A stretch of 64,000 nt of DNA, taken from NCBI GenBank assembly GCA_964016885.1, contig OZ024743.1, positions 314,278,001 through 314,342,000 of the forward strand, given 5' to 3'. The notes under the pieces are model-generated. The model ran no database searches, was not told the DNA's origin, and worked only from the letters and a program-made list of their open reading frames with translations. A program made the translations under genes and the position numbers. This document shows, in pieces, positions 43,644 to 58,667 of the stretch (position 1 is its first letter; the number at the start of each line of letters is the position of its first letter). Origin of the DNA: Eledone cirrhosa. Its lineage: Eukaryota.

Positions 43644-43999
43644 GAATAGAATGAAATGAAATTTCATTTCTCACTCTTAGTACGGCACTTACTTTTTGTT
43701 CAACACTGACACAGCACCGATGTACTAGTTTCAAGCTTGTTAGCTATCGTCAGCACCGTATACCCTTCTGCCAGATGGTTGAACGTTCGAAAGTATATAC
43801 TTTCCTATGAAAATTAACGGCTGAGTAACCTAATTTGAATATCGAGTGATTTCAGTCGGTCAGGTGCACCGAAAACGATAAAATGGAATAGAATGAAATG
43901 AAATTTCATTTCTCACTCTTAGTACGGCACTTACTTAAATTTAAGTATGTATGTATACGTACATACATATATGTATACAGACGTAGAGCAGCATGTATA

Positions 44000-44055
<56 letters not shown>

Positions 44056-44480
44056 CATACAGGCACACATATATATACGTACGTATCAGTTTAGCGAACA
44101 TTTATTATAACGTTCGCTTTGTTCGTTTGTAAACAAACGGACTCCCTGATTTATGCCGTACGGTGTTAATGCAACCACGTCACCTTTTTGTTCAACACTG
44201 ACACAGGAACGATGTACTAGTTTCAAGCTTGTTAGCTATCGTCAGAACCGTATACCCTTCTGCCAGATGGTTGAACTTTCGAAAGTCTATACTTTCTTTA
44301 TGAAAATTAACGGCTGATCAGCCTAATTTGCATATGGAGTGAGTTCAGCAGTGTTGAACAAAAAGGTCACGTGGTTGCCTTAACAGTGTACAGCATAAAT
44401 CAGGCTGTCCGTTTGTTTACAAACGAACAAAGCGAACGTTATAAAAAAATATTCGCTAAACTGATACGTACATATATATA
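43636..44480 (-). mobile_element. Family C tandem + inverted pseudo-LTR with two hammerheads (43718-43758, 44210-44250)
   Basis: Minus: CGGUG CUGACGA U AGCU aaca AGCU U GAAACUAGUA CAUCG; inverted arm ~44350-44480 vs ~44075-44200. Confidence 0.78.
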
Positions 44481-44489
44481 TGTGTGCCT

Positions 44490-44543
<54 letters not shown>

Positions 44544-44754
44544 GCTACTGTACGTCTGTATACATATATGTATGTACGTATACATACATACCTACACATA
44601 TATATATATATATGTATACATACATACATATATTTGTATGTACATATATAAAAATATGTATATATACTCTATATAATTAGATATGTATAATATATATATA
44701 TGTGTGCATGTGTGTGAGTGTGTGTGTGTGTGTATATTTATATATATATGTAAC

Positions 44755-45240
44755 CCAGTACAACATGTCGCATGTCGGGTCGTCGGCGACTAAACCGGCA
44801 ACCCCACCAAGTTTACTTGGTGAGGAGCGTGATTTTGGACACCCTGCAGGACAAAGAACAAAACCTGACAAAGGGCGAAAGAGTCAACGGCCATCCGAAA
44901 GTGTGTAAATTAATATATACGCATGTACCGCGCGGTTAAACCACTGGAAGTGAAGGACCCCTAGCCTTTATCAGAGCAGTATTCTAGGAGAAGGCAAGGC
45001 AGGAACTGCGATAACTCCGATATAAAACCTGCGGTTCAGTAGTTACCGATGATGTTGATCTTTTCTTCTTTTCGGGTTATAGCTACTGTCGCTCCGAGAG
45101 TGGGATTGGCTCAGTGCAGTTTTTCCTTACTTTAAAAAATATTTTCCGGCACAGGCATGGCACGATAGAATTAATTAATAATTATTAATTATGGTATATC
45201 GTGCAATGGCCATACTCGAGATCGAGGGGGCAGCCATCAT
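44755..45240 (+). mobile_element. Non-autonomous element with RTE-like 5' leader
   Basis: Homologous to 13381-13990. Confidence 0.55.
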
Positions 45241-45262
45241 ATATATATATATACATATATAT

Positions 45263-45462
45263 ATAGGAACAAGTAAGACCCCGACGGCTGAGCTCAAGCC
45301 GTTTCGACGGCTAATTCTGGACTCCTGTCCAGAATTAGCCGTCGAAACGGCTTGAGCTCAGCCGTCGGGGTCTTGCTTGTTCCTATTACCCACTCTACTA
45401 CCCTAAGTATTGAGTACTTTGGTGCGTTATGGTCCACCTGATTCCTTACCACATTTCCTTCG

Positions 45463-45464
<2 letters not shown>
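45263..45464 (+). mobile_element. Family A fold-back (~60-bp near-perfect arms + 78-nt tail)
   Basis: 45263-45322 mirrors 45327-45386; contains the 3' half of an HHR (GAAACGGCT tgagctc AGCCGTC). Confidence 0.85.
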
Positions 45465-45505
<41 letters not shown>

Positions 45506-45738
45506 CGGAAATGGTCACCTGCGGTAGGTTTCTTAAGTTAATCGAATATTTTGTGACGTGTTGCCAAAGATATATGGACATTCCGTATTTCTTCTCACTG
45601 ATCGGACTTAGTGGTAGGCAGAGGATATATTGAATTACAGGAAATATTCATCTCACCTGTTGTCAATGAATTGGAGTGTATAAAGGTTACTAAGTGTTTT
45701 AATCTGAAAATAAGCGACGCTAGGATATTTGAATTTGG

Positions 45739-45793
<55 letters not shown>

Positions 45794-46437
45794 CACATAC
45801 ACAGACACAAACACACACACATACACACACATATATAAATACTGTATCTATCTACATACAAACACAAACACGTAAATTCATACATATATGGAAACGTACG
45901 TACATTCATACATACATACAAACATACATATGAGTATAAGCACGCACATACAAACACACCTACAAACAGGTACATACACTCACACACATATTTATGTGTG
46001 TCTGTGTGTATGTATGTATATGTATGTATAGATGTATATTTTTGCGTTTATATGTATGTATATTTATAGATGAATATGGATGTAAATTTATACATGCATG
46101 TATATATACACACACATCAAACAAATAATCTATAGCCGACAGCAATATATTAATGACAGTGAATTGAATTCTATTTGAGAACTAAATAACTGGTTCGGGA
46201 ATGATATTTATAACAACACAACCATGATGCTTACTGCATCTCTAATCAGTGTAAAATCGATAGATTCTAAGAAGAAATCATGTATAAATTCATGATTAGA
46301 CGAGAAAAAACTTTCTGGGGATATGTGGATTCATCGACATAATAAAATATTTTTTCATGGAAAAAAAAAAAATCTGTGAATACTTTTGTGCAAGTCTCTC
46401 ATAGAGTATCATACACAAGTGAATTTATATAAATATG

Positions 46438-46546
<109 letters not shown>

Positions 46547-46574
46547 ATATATATATGTATGTATATATATATAT

Positions 46575-46742
<168 letters not shown>

Positions 46743-47046
46743 ATATGTGTGTGTTAGTTAGGTGTGTAATTAGTTACAGGCAGCGTGCGGTTCGAAGCAC
46801 TCAATGCTGTTAAGAAGCCCGTCTCGTGCTGGGTGAGTTCTATTCTAGTGTTAAGGCGGCTGTAGAGTTCAGAGTGTTAATATAATAAGTAGAATCGAAG
46901 TCAATGTTGCAGCGAATGTAGAAACTGCCAAATTACGATTGTTTCAATATCAATCAGCTCAATGTACAATCATAATCTTCGGGGTCTACCTCTTCTGCTC
47001 AGATATGCGAGCTTATACGTGCAAAGAACCGTGAACTTTATAAAAT

Positions 47047-47102
<56 letters not shown>

Positions 47103-47141
47103 TGTGTGTGTGTCTGTGCGTGTGTATTTACATGTATCTAA

Positions 47142-47238
<97 letters not shown>

Positions 47239-47330
47239 GTTATATATATACGTTCATTTATGTAAGTGTATATGCATACGTATATACACGTATAAATATA
47301 TGAAAATTATAATTCCCAAATTTATATATA

Positions 47331-48100
47331 CTAGCGGCTTTCCCGGCCTTCGCTACGACCTGTATTGAGCTCAAATCTATTCATAAGTTACATATTGCCA
47401 TCTAGCGTAATGTCCATTTAGCTTAGAATAAAATATGTTAAAATGTATTTAAATATTGCATAGCCTAATTCTAAAATTTTATTTCGAACATCTAAATACA
47501 GAACGAAATAAAGGAAATAACAGAAAAATGTATTCTACGAAATCAATAAAACATTTATAGAACTTATACAATGTTTTTAACCTTTTTCTTTGGAGCATCT
47601 ATGAAGAGTTTGTGGGGTCTTCCTATTCTGGAATAATCTCCATACAATTGATCATAAATGACACAGCTTTCTGTTAGATGTTGACCGACAACCTGCAAGG
47701 ATTTTCTTAATGATCACTGGGAATTGCAATTATTTGAAACGAAAGGGGACATTTGTTGGTATTGGTGGTATTCTAGGTATAATTAGAATGTCTCTCTTAC
47801 CATAACTAGTGTGGATGTTGGATTCGATAATGTGAAGCTGCAGGTAAGTTACAACCATACGCGTCCCATTGCACAATCTTGGCTGCTCCAGGTTTCTGAG
47901 AAACCAGATGACTGTACCCTTCTTCATTTCAAGGCTGTCTGATTCAGGATTAAGAATGATTCAAGATTAATGATTCAACGGTTTAATGAACAACTTTGTC
48001 GATCCATTTATAGGTCTTGCTAACTCCAAGGGTCATTTGTATGGGGTTTTCTTGATAACCGTCATGCAACAGTTATGACCTCATCAGACACCTGGAATTT
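47331..48100 (-). mobile_element. Helitron 3' portion with PIF1-like helicase remnant
   Basis: FLRNLEQPRLCNGTRMVV..IPRIPPIPTNVPFRFK*LQFPV; 3' GC-rich hairpin-like segment then CTAG at 47331-47334. Confidence 0.88.
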
Positions 48101-48731
48101 GAACAGAGAAAAAAATCAGAAAAAAAAGAAGAAATAAAAATTGCACTTGTTGTTTCGATTCATTGATATGCTCCAAGCCGATATTTGGTGTTGCTTTCTC
48201 AAAGCAATAAATAGTCTCCGAGCATTAGGAAAAGGGATATAAAAGCCCACTATCTAATAAACAGAGATAGGTTCATCACAATATAATCAGGCCATTGTGA
48301 ATACCTTAGTGGTTCCATGGTCTGATATTAGCCTTCTACATGTTCAAGAAGTAGGTCAATCAGGGAAGTCTTAGCAGTAGGTTTTGATCTTGTAGATAAG
48401 TTGCAGTGCCATATGGAATTGTTTTCAGCAGCAACAATGAAAGGTTGCAATGAAAATGTTAGTTAGGAGTGGCACTCGGTCTCAGTGTCCGTGATAATAG
48501 TAGAGGCAGTAGCGATAATATGATATTTCTCAAAGCACCAGTGACATATGACTTAGAATAGATAAATAACAGTGATTATGAATAAATGAAATTTTATATT
48601 ATTGATATTCTTGACATGTACTTCATGATTATAATTATACTCCGTAAGAAACAGGTCCAATTGTGTACTTCGTAGAATCCTCTATTTTGCATAAAATAGT
48701 GGTGGTGAGTAACTAACTCATATTTTACCTT

Positions 48732-48821
<90 letters not shown>

Positions 48822-49129
48822 TAAGACAGGAGGGAAGAAAAAATGGCTTCACTTGTGCTTTCAACAAATTTATTTTCTTCACAAAATCCCAAAAGAATTT
48901 TTCTTAAAAAGAATTATTTTATAAATTAAGTTGTTGGTTGTTGGTTAGGTCTTAGGAGTTCTTGGTTAACGTAGGAGGTATTGTTTCGTTTTTAGAAAGA
49001 CCTTTCACGCTGAGGTGCGCTTGTCAAACTGATGTGTATGTGGTGTGTTGTTCTATATATAGGGATTTAACATGTCTGTGGTGTGGTAGGGGTTTCTTTT
49101 CTCCCCCTTTAATAAGTGCATGGGTGAAT

Positions 49130-49630
49130 GCACTCTTAAAAAACACACAGATAATTTATAGCAGACGCCAAGCACCCAACCTTAAAAAACTAATTACCAA
49201 GGCAAAATTTACGACCAACATGGAATCAATGCAAGTGACGAAATGCGGGGACCCTAGATGTGGAACCTGTGAACTCATCGAAGAGGGCAAACAGTTGTCA
49301 TTCAAAAACCATGATAATTTCAAGGTCAATGCTAATATGAACTGCAAAACGAAAAACCTAATATATTGCGCAAGATGTCCACAGTGTAAAGAGTATTACA
49401 TTGGGGAAACCGGAACGGGATTACATGATAGAGTCCGGGTACATAAACAACAGATTAAAGACCCCACAGTCAGAAATACCACATGTAGCGCACACTTTGC
49501 ATCATGCGGGAAGGGAAAATTCACAATCTTCCCTTTCTTCAAGATATGGTCGGATAACGAACATTTCCGCAGATATAAAGAAGAATTCTTCATAGAAAAA
49601 TTTAAACCACTACTGAACACGAAAAAATGA
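49130..49630 (+). pseudogene. PLE GIY-YIG endonuclease (open but 5'-truncated)
   Basis: RQAPNLKKLI..CGDPRCGTC..MNCKTKNLIYCARCPQCKEYYIGETG..RVRVH..H..RRYKEEFFIEKFKPLLN; the first ~55 codons of the 222-aa ORF are inverted-arm sequence. Confidence 0.9.
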
Positions 49631-49893
49631 ATTAACACTCGGAGGTAAAATTCCATTTCACTACCCCCCCCCCTCTTCTTATGCATACACATGAATATCT
49701 GAATGAACGGTGAGACACACACATATATGTGTGTAGGAATGTATGGATATATGTACGTGTGGGTATATATGTATGTGGGTGTGTGTATGTGTGTGTGTAT
49801 ATATATACATATATGTATGGATGTGTGTATGTTTGTATGTGTGTGTGTATATATATATATGTATATATATGTGTATATATATATATATATATA

Positions 49894-50126
49894 TAACGAA
49901 GGAAATGTGGTAAGGAACCAGGTGGACCATAACGCACCAAAGTACTCAATACTTGAGGTAGTAGAGTGGGTAATAGGAACCAGTAAGACCCCGACAGCTG
50001 AGCTCAAGCCGTTTCGACGGCTAATTCTGGACTAAATGAACATTTATCCAGATAGGATAAATTTTCATTTAGTCCAGAATTAGCCGTCGAAACGGCTTGA
50101 GCTCAGCTGTCGGGGTCTTACTGGTT

Positions 50127-50130
<4 letters not shown>
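49894..50130 (-). mobile_element. Family A fold-back inserted in the family O UTR
   Basis: Arms ~49973-50040 / ~50063-50131 around an AT-rich loop. Confidence 0.85.
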
Positions 50131-50189
<59 letters not shown>

Positions 50190-50240
50190 GTGTATATGTA
50201 CATGTATGTATGTGTATGTTTGTATATATGTGTGTGTGTA

Positions 50241-50315
<75 letters not shown>

Positions 50316-50545
50316 GTATATATGGATAGATATGTATGTTCATGTGTGTGTGTATGTATGTGTATGTACCTATATATATGTGTGTGTGTGTGTATGTATG
50401 TGCATATATGTACATATGTGTGTACATGTGTGTATGTTTCTGTTTGTGTATATGTATGTATGTAGATGTATGTGTGTGTATGTGTGTGTATGTATGTGTA
50501 TATGTGTGTGTATGTGTATGTGTCTTTATGTGCTCGTGTATACGT

Positions 50546-50605
<60 letters not shown>

Positions 50606-50738
50606 ATGTGTGTATATGTGTGTATGTGTATATATATGTATATATATGTGTATGTATATATGTGTATATATATATATATATGTATGTATGTATGTACATG
50701 TATGTGTATGCATGTATCTGTGTATGTATGTACTTGTA

Positions 50739-50775
<37 letters not shown>

Positions 50776-51029
50776 GTATGTGTATATATATACATATGTA
50801 TATATATATATGTGCATATGTATGTGTGTGTATATATGTGTATATGGATATGTATGTATGTGTATATGTATGTGTATATGTGTGTATGTGTCTGTATGTA
50901 TTTATGTGTACATATGTGTATATGTATGTGTGTGTATATATGTATATATATATATGTGTATATATATATATCATCATCATCATCATCATCATTTCATTTT
51001 ACGTCCGCTTTTTCCCTGCTTGCAAGGGT

Positions 51030-51080
<51 letters not shown>

Positions 51081-51343
51081 GTATGCCTCTCTCTTTATAT
51101 GTGTATATATATATATAGATGTATGGGTGTATGTGTATGTATGTATGCATGTATGTGTGAACGGAGGGGTATATATACGGACATATGTATATGTGTGTGT
51201 GTGCGTGTGTGTGTGTACACACGTGCGTGTGTGTGTGTGTGTGTGTGGGTGTATGTGTGCGTGTATGTGTGTATATATGTATATTTAGTTATGTATCTTT
51301 ATGTGTGTATATGTATGTATGTGTATGTAGGTATATGTTTGTA

Positions 51344-51435
<92 letters not shown>

Positions 51436-51730
51436 AGTGTATATGTGTGTGTATGTGTATGTGTATGTATATATATTTATATATATATATGTATATGTAT
51501 GTATGTATATGTGTATGTATGTGTGTATATATGTGTATATATTTATATATACCCATGTGGAGGTATGTGTACATATTCGTGTGTGTACGTATGTGTATGT
51601 GTGTTTTTACACGTGTCTCTATATGTTTTTGTGTATGTATTTGTACAGGGGTGTGTGATTGATGGTGTGTGCCTATATATTCCTACATATGCCCGTGTGT
51701 GTATGTACACATATGCACACATATATATGT
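50130..51730. repeat. ~1.6-kb compound (TA)/(TG)/(TATG) microsatellite
   Basis: Direct. Confidence 0.95.
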
Positions 51731-53051
51731 GTGTGTTGAACAAAGGACTAACTTTGGGATGGACGTAGAAAAATTCTTCAGGAAAAAAAGAAAAAAATAA
51801 TTATTCACATGCTTGACAAGTGCGATTTGCCTGTGACCATTCTCAACACAAAAGCGATGCTAAAAGCTTTTTTCCCTGAATAAAGGAATTTTTCGAGAAT
51901 GACCGGGGCAGGCCGCACTTGCTAAGTTTCTCCCCACCCAACCCTACTCACCGTCTCAACTCATTACTGCTATGAACACTTTTTCAACACACCTACACAC
52001 ATGTACTTATTAAAGGGGGAGAAAAGAAACCCCTACCGCACCACAGACATGTTAAATCCCTATATATAGAACAACACACCACATACACATCAGTTTGACA
52101 AGCGCACCTCAGCGTGAAAGGTCTTTCTAAAAACGAAACAATACCTCCTACGTTAACCAAGAACTCCTAAGACCTAACCAACAACCAACAACTTAATTTA
52201 TAAAATAATTCTTTTTAAGAAAAATTCTTTTTGGATTTTGTGAACAAAATAAATTTGTTGAAAGCACAAGTGAAGCCATTTTTTCTTCCCCCCTGTCTTT
52301 ATATACCTAACTCTACCAATGATTACACACATTTTCCAATATATATATATTATATATAGTGAAAAGATAACAAGGACAATTGGTTACTCCTTCATTACAT
52401 TTATTGGTTGGTGACGCGCGTTTCGCAACCGATCAGCTCAAGGTTCGATCTGAATCGATCTTACCCGACTCTGTAATCTGGTCTCGTCGTACCCCTTGTT
52501 ATGTTAGTAGATGCATTCTTTATGATGAAGTTAGAAGTTCATATGTTGGTCAATAAAGTTTGTTTATTGGAGGATTAGTTCATAGGGATGTTTTTGCCTG
52601 TACTGTATGTGGGGGGTTGGTGTGGTGATAAGATGGTGGTGACGGTCGCAGTCCGAATTGGGCGGTGGTGTGGGGGAATGGTTGTCGGTAGACAGATTGG
52701 CATGTAGCTGCGGCTGATTTTTGTGTGTGGTGTAGGTGTGGTGTTGTTTTTTGTGGTAATGAGGAAGCGGTGTTTATGATGGTGTGATGAATGTGTTGGT
52801 GGTGTCAACTTCAATAAGGAGATACATACATAGACACACTTAGTCTGACAAATACGTTGTATACACACAGATGTGTGTGTGTGTATATATATATATATAT
52901 TGTTATACTTTGGGAGGGTCACGTTGCCAATAAGAAACACACGCACCAGGAGCTTTCACTCCATTTATTATAAATTAAATTTATAAATTTAAGAATTTAT
53001 AAATTTCCTGTTGGTTGGTTGGTTCCGCAACCGGACGGTTGTTCATATATT

Positions 53052-53094
53052 GTCAAAGTTCTTTCATCACACATTCTGTGACCTCTTCAGTGAC
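53052..53094 (-). ncRNA. Minimal hammerhead in a nested remnant
   Basis: GUCA CUGAAGA G GUCACA gaaug UGUGAU GAAAG AA CUU UGAC. Confidence 0.6.
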
Positions 53095-53202
53095 TGGGGA
53101 TTCTTTTCTTTGTTTGTGCCTCTCCTTTGTCCTGTCCTACGCCATCTTGTTTTTGTGTGTGTTCTCTCTCTCTCTCTTTCTTTCTCGCTCTCTCTCTCTC
53201 TA

Positions 53203-53259
<57 letters not shown>

Positions 53260-53333
53260 GTTTCTACTTTTGGCACAAGGCCAACAATTACCCAGTACAT
53301 TACTGGTACTTTATTTTATCGATATATATATAT

Positions 53334-53437
<104 letters not shown>

Positions 53438-53441
53438 TAAT

Positions 53442-53768
<327 letters not shown>

Positions 53769-54301
53769 AAGTCAGTGGAGATGGCGTTGTAAAATAAATA
53801 TACTTACACACAAACACACACATGCGCTGTTTGGGGTGGGATGTGTTTGTGATGTTGATCATTGTTGAAGTATGGAGTTGTGACTGGTGGTGGCGGTGGT
53901 GGTGGGTGCGACAAAATATTAACAGCATTGAACTTTACGATGGATTACAGGTTAAAAAATGACATATGGAACACGGGGATGTCAATGAGGGATGGTGGAC
54001 GTATAGCGATGTGTATGGTTCTTGGTAGTGGTGGTGGCGATGGGGCGATGTGTTCGACATTATATTTAGGGCCACGCGTCTTTTAACTGACCATTTGATC
54101 TGGAATTCAATAAATGTAATGAAGGAGTAACCAATCGACCTTGTTATCTTTTCACTATAATACACTCTGTCTAGATCTACACCTCGACACTGAAATGAAC
54201 CTAAACATCGTGTGCTCACCCTAGTAAACCTACAGTAAGTCCAAGTTACACTCCCTGGATATTTTTGCCCCTTACTTAGTCGAGTGCTTACCTGGAACAC
54301 C

Positions 54302-56806
54302 ATGGAATTGTTCTACAACACTTCCTCCCTAAAGAACATACCTATACCTTCGGATGATGTATACATGTACCTTCTTTTACTAATACAGACGAACAATTTC
54401 ATTAGAAGGATCTGTTGGAGGACCTATCACTACAACAACAGAAGAGCCCCTGGATCCGACCACAATTCCACAAACCACATGAAAAAACTATTCAAATCGA
54501 GGAAAAACCCACCGCACAACCCACTCCTAGAGGAGTTTGCGGACAGGATTATTACCATGGGCCAGACTATTAAATTTAGAAAACCACCGCGAAACCCTGA
54601 CAGAAGTTCATTCCTGTCTGGGCTCGCATCTACTGTAAAAAGGGTTAGGAAAAGCCCTGGAATCATGGTGCCGGCCGATAAGACAGGGAACATCTATAAT
54701 TTGGAGTACAAAACCTACAAGAAATGCATCACAAACGAAATAGCTAAAATATACAAAACATAAACACGGAAAACCTAACACACATAAACGAACAGGCGAA
54801 ACCAATAATGACGGAACTAAGCCTAGATGGCAGGACTCAACCCTACAACCCTAGGACACCGAGGATATCTATTAAAGACCACAAATGGACTTTTAGTCCA
54901 AACTACGGCTCAGAATCATAGCTCCCTCTAAATCAAACTTAGGTAGACTAAGCAAATCTATCATTGACCGCGTTATACCAGAACTAAGGCATAGGACTAA
55001 ACTCAGCCTTTGGTCCTGTACCAAAGAGCTAATCGACTGATTCTCCGGCATTGAAACCAAGTCGGACGTTCAATTCGTCCAAATGGACATTGCGAACTAC
55101 TACGCCTCAATATATCCAGTCATCCTTAACAAGGCACTGATCTCAGCCATGAACAGATCAAGCCTCACCAGAAAGGAGGTGGACATCATACTAGTAGCTA
55201 GGAAAACTTTACTAGAATTTGATGGTAAATTGTGGGAACGACAGAATAGACCAGATAGCTTCGACATTACAATGGGGTCGTCTGAATCCGCACAGGTTAC
55301 CGATATAGTAGGCCTATACCTCGTAAATATATTAACAGATGAGATCCCCACCATGGGCTGGGGCTTGTACCGGGACGACGCCCTACTCATGGCCCGTGGA
55401 CTCAATAATAGCTAATTAGATAGACTACACAAACGACTTAGATATAACTTTAAGACCCAAGGATTAGCGGTAGAAATAGAACGCAACAGTAGGACAGTAA
55501 ACGTCTTAGACGTCACTATAGAATTAGACACAGGTCTCTACCGCTCTTACCATAAACCAAATAAAAACCTGAAATATGTCAACACACACTCCAACCACCC
55601 TAGGAGCATAATTAACTCAATAATTAAAAGCATTTCCTACAGAGTGTCCACCCTGTCGGGGAACAGAACTATTTTCAACCAGCACACGGAATACTATAAC
55701 TCCGCACTTGAAAAGGCTGGTTACAATGAGAAGATAGCTTACAACGACATAACTTGAACCGCAACGGCGCTAAAGCTAATCAGACCCTTAGAGATGCATA
55801 TAGACGAGGACACCACACCTAGAACAAATACTAACCTAAGACCCTCCTTAGCCGGCAGCACAGGCAGAGTTACACACAACTGCTAAGGAGATAAAGCTAT
55901 ACTGTCCAACCCCAATAAGGACTATGAATATCGCACGCGTACACGTAGTATTAGAGACCCGAGACATAACGCCAATAGAATAGTAGGAACCCCAATGAAA
56001 AATACTCCTGACCAACAACAACCAAACTAAATACCGTAAAGCCCGAAGTTGACCCGTGACATGGTTCAACGCCCCGTACACTATACACGTTGCCAGCAAT
56101 ATGCCGGGAACCTTCTTTAGGGCTCTGGAACAATCCTTCCCATCCACACATAAATATAGCAAGCTCTTCAATAGACACACTGACACATTCTCCTTCTCCA
56201 CAGCACTAAATCTAGGCGACACGATAGCACACACTAATAGGACAAAAATACGCAAACACATGGTAGCCCCACAACAAACCACTAGCAGAACCCAGAACAA
56301 AACCACACAACACAACACAACAACCCACATGCCAGCTCCTCACAAAATACGAACAACCGACAATGTGCCATGAAACATGTAACCCCCAACTGCAACTGTA
56401 AAAAGCGGGTAGAATGTCCACTAAACGGGAAGTGCCTCGTTAAAAACATTATTTACAGGTGCGATGTCACAGCTGGCAGAAAAGAGTACTCCTATATAGG
56501 TGCGACCTCGACTACGTTTAAGGAGCGCTGGTATAACCACAAAAGCTCCTTTAAACACAGGCTCAAACGATACCAAACTACACTGGCCGATTTGATCTGG
56601 GACCTCAAAGACATCGAATTCCAGATCAAATGGTCAGTTAAAAGACGCGTGGCCCAACTCCCCAGCGACAGAAACACTGCAGATTATGCCTGGCCGAGGC
56701 GGCTGAGATAATTAAATTGAAATTTGCCAAAAACTCTGGGTCTGACATAAATATAAATTGTAGACACACCAGGTTGAACACCTTCTCAACACAAACATTC
56801 GGCTGA
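54302..56806 (+). pseudogene. Disrupted PLE polyprotein (RT with YRDD + GIY-YIG)
   Basis: SLKNIPIPS..FIRRICWR, VPADKTGNIY, MDIANYYASI, FDITMGS..IVGLYL..GLYRDDAL, WFNAPY, CNCKKRVECPLNGKCLVKNIIY..YIGATSTTFKERWYNHKSSF; several stops and frameshifts. Confidence 0.93.
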
Positions 56807-57379
56807 GGGCCACACAATAACCCTGACCCAACATAGTGATAACCACCTTTGCCTTGCCACACCGTCCCTAATCTCAGTGCATTTGTCTTATATAACATGT
56901 AACACTTTGTAAGTTCAGATTTTGTAAATATGATGTCGCATCCATCACCCCCACCACCACCACCAACAGAAACATAGCCATACATCCCTCATCTCAGTAC
57001 CATTGTGTTCTATTTCTCCTCTCTGTCAGGTTTTAACTTGTAAAGCATCGTAACATCCGATCCTGTAAATATAATGTCGAACATATAACCGCATCACCAC
57101 CACCACCACTACCACCATACACCTCGCTATACGTCCACCATCCCTCATTCATAACCTTATTTTCCCCGTGTTCCCTATGTCATCTTTTAACCTGTAATCC
57201 ATCGTAAAATTCGATCCTGTTAATATTTTGTCGCACCCACCACCACCGCCACCACCAGGCACATCTCCATACTTCAACAATGATCAACATCACAAACACA
57301 TACCATCCCTCCCAAAACAACGCATGTGTGTGTGTCTGTGTGAAAGTATATTTATTTTATACAGCGCCATTTCCACTGA

Positions 57380-58667
<1,288 letters not shown>

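Larger units (their letters stand above)
48824..52340 (+). mobile_element. PLE family O: GIY-YIG end, microsatellite-expanded UTR, ~295-bp inverted arms
   Basis: 48824-49120 is the reverse complement of ~52010-52300. Confidence 0.85.

Noticed and set aside
50069-51768. Long ORFs (up to 398 aa) of YI/CV/HT repeats, here and throughout
   Set aside because: Stop-free translations of (TA)n/(TG)n microsatellites.
54232-54245. Retained PLE intron donor (CAGTAAGT)
   Set aside because: Not conserved in the 3' repeat copy (~59938) and no clear acceptor.
55030-56375. TGA codons in the family E ORF as selenocysteine (reported for some Naiad PLEs)
   Set aside because: The ~55038 TGA is at a likely Trp position (ID*F), the others are in variable or frameshifted regions, TAA stops also occur, and I found no SECIS.
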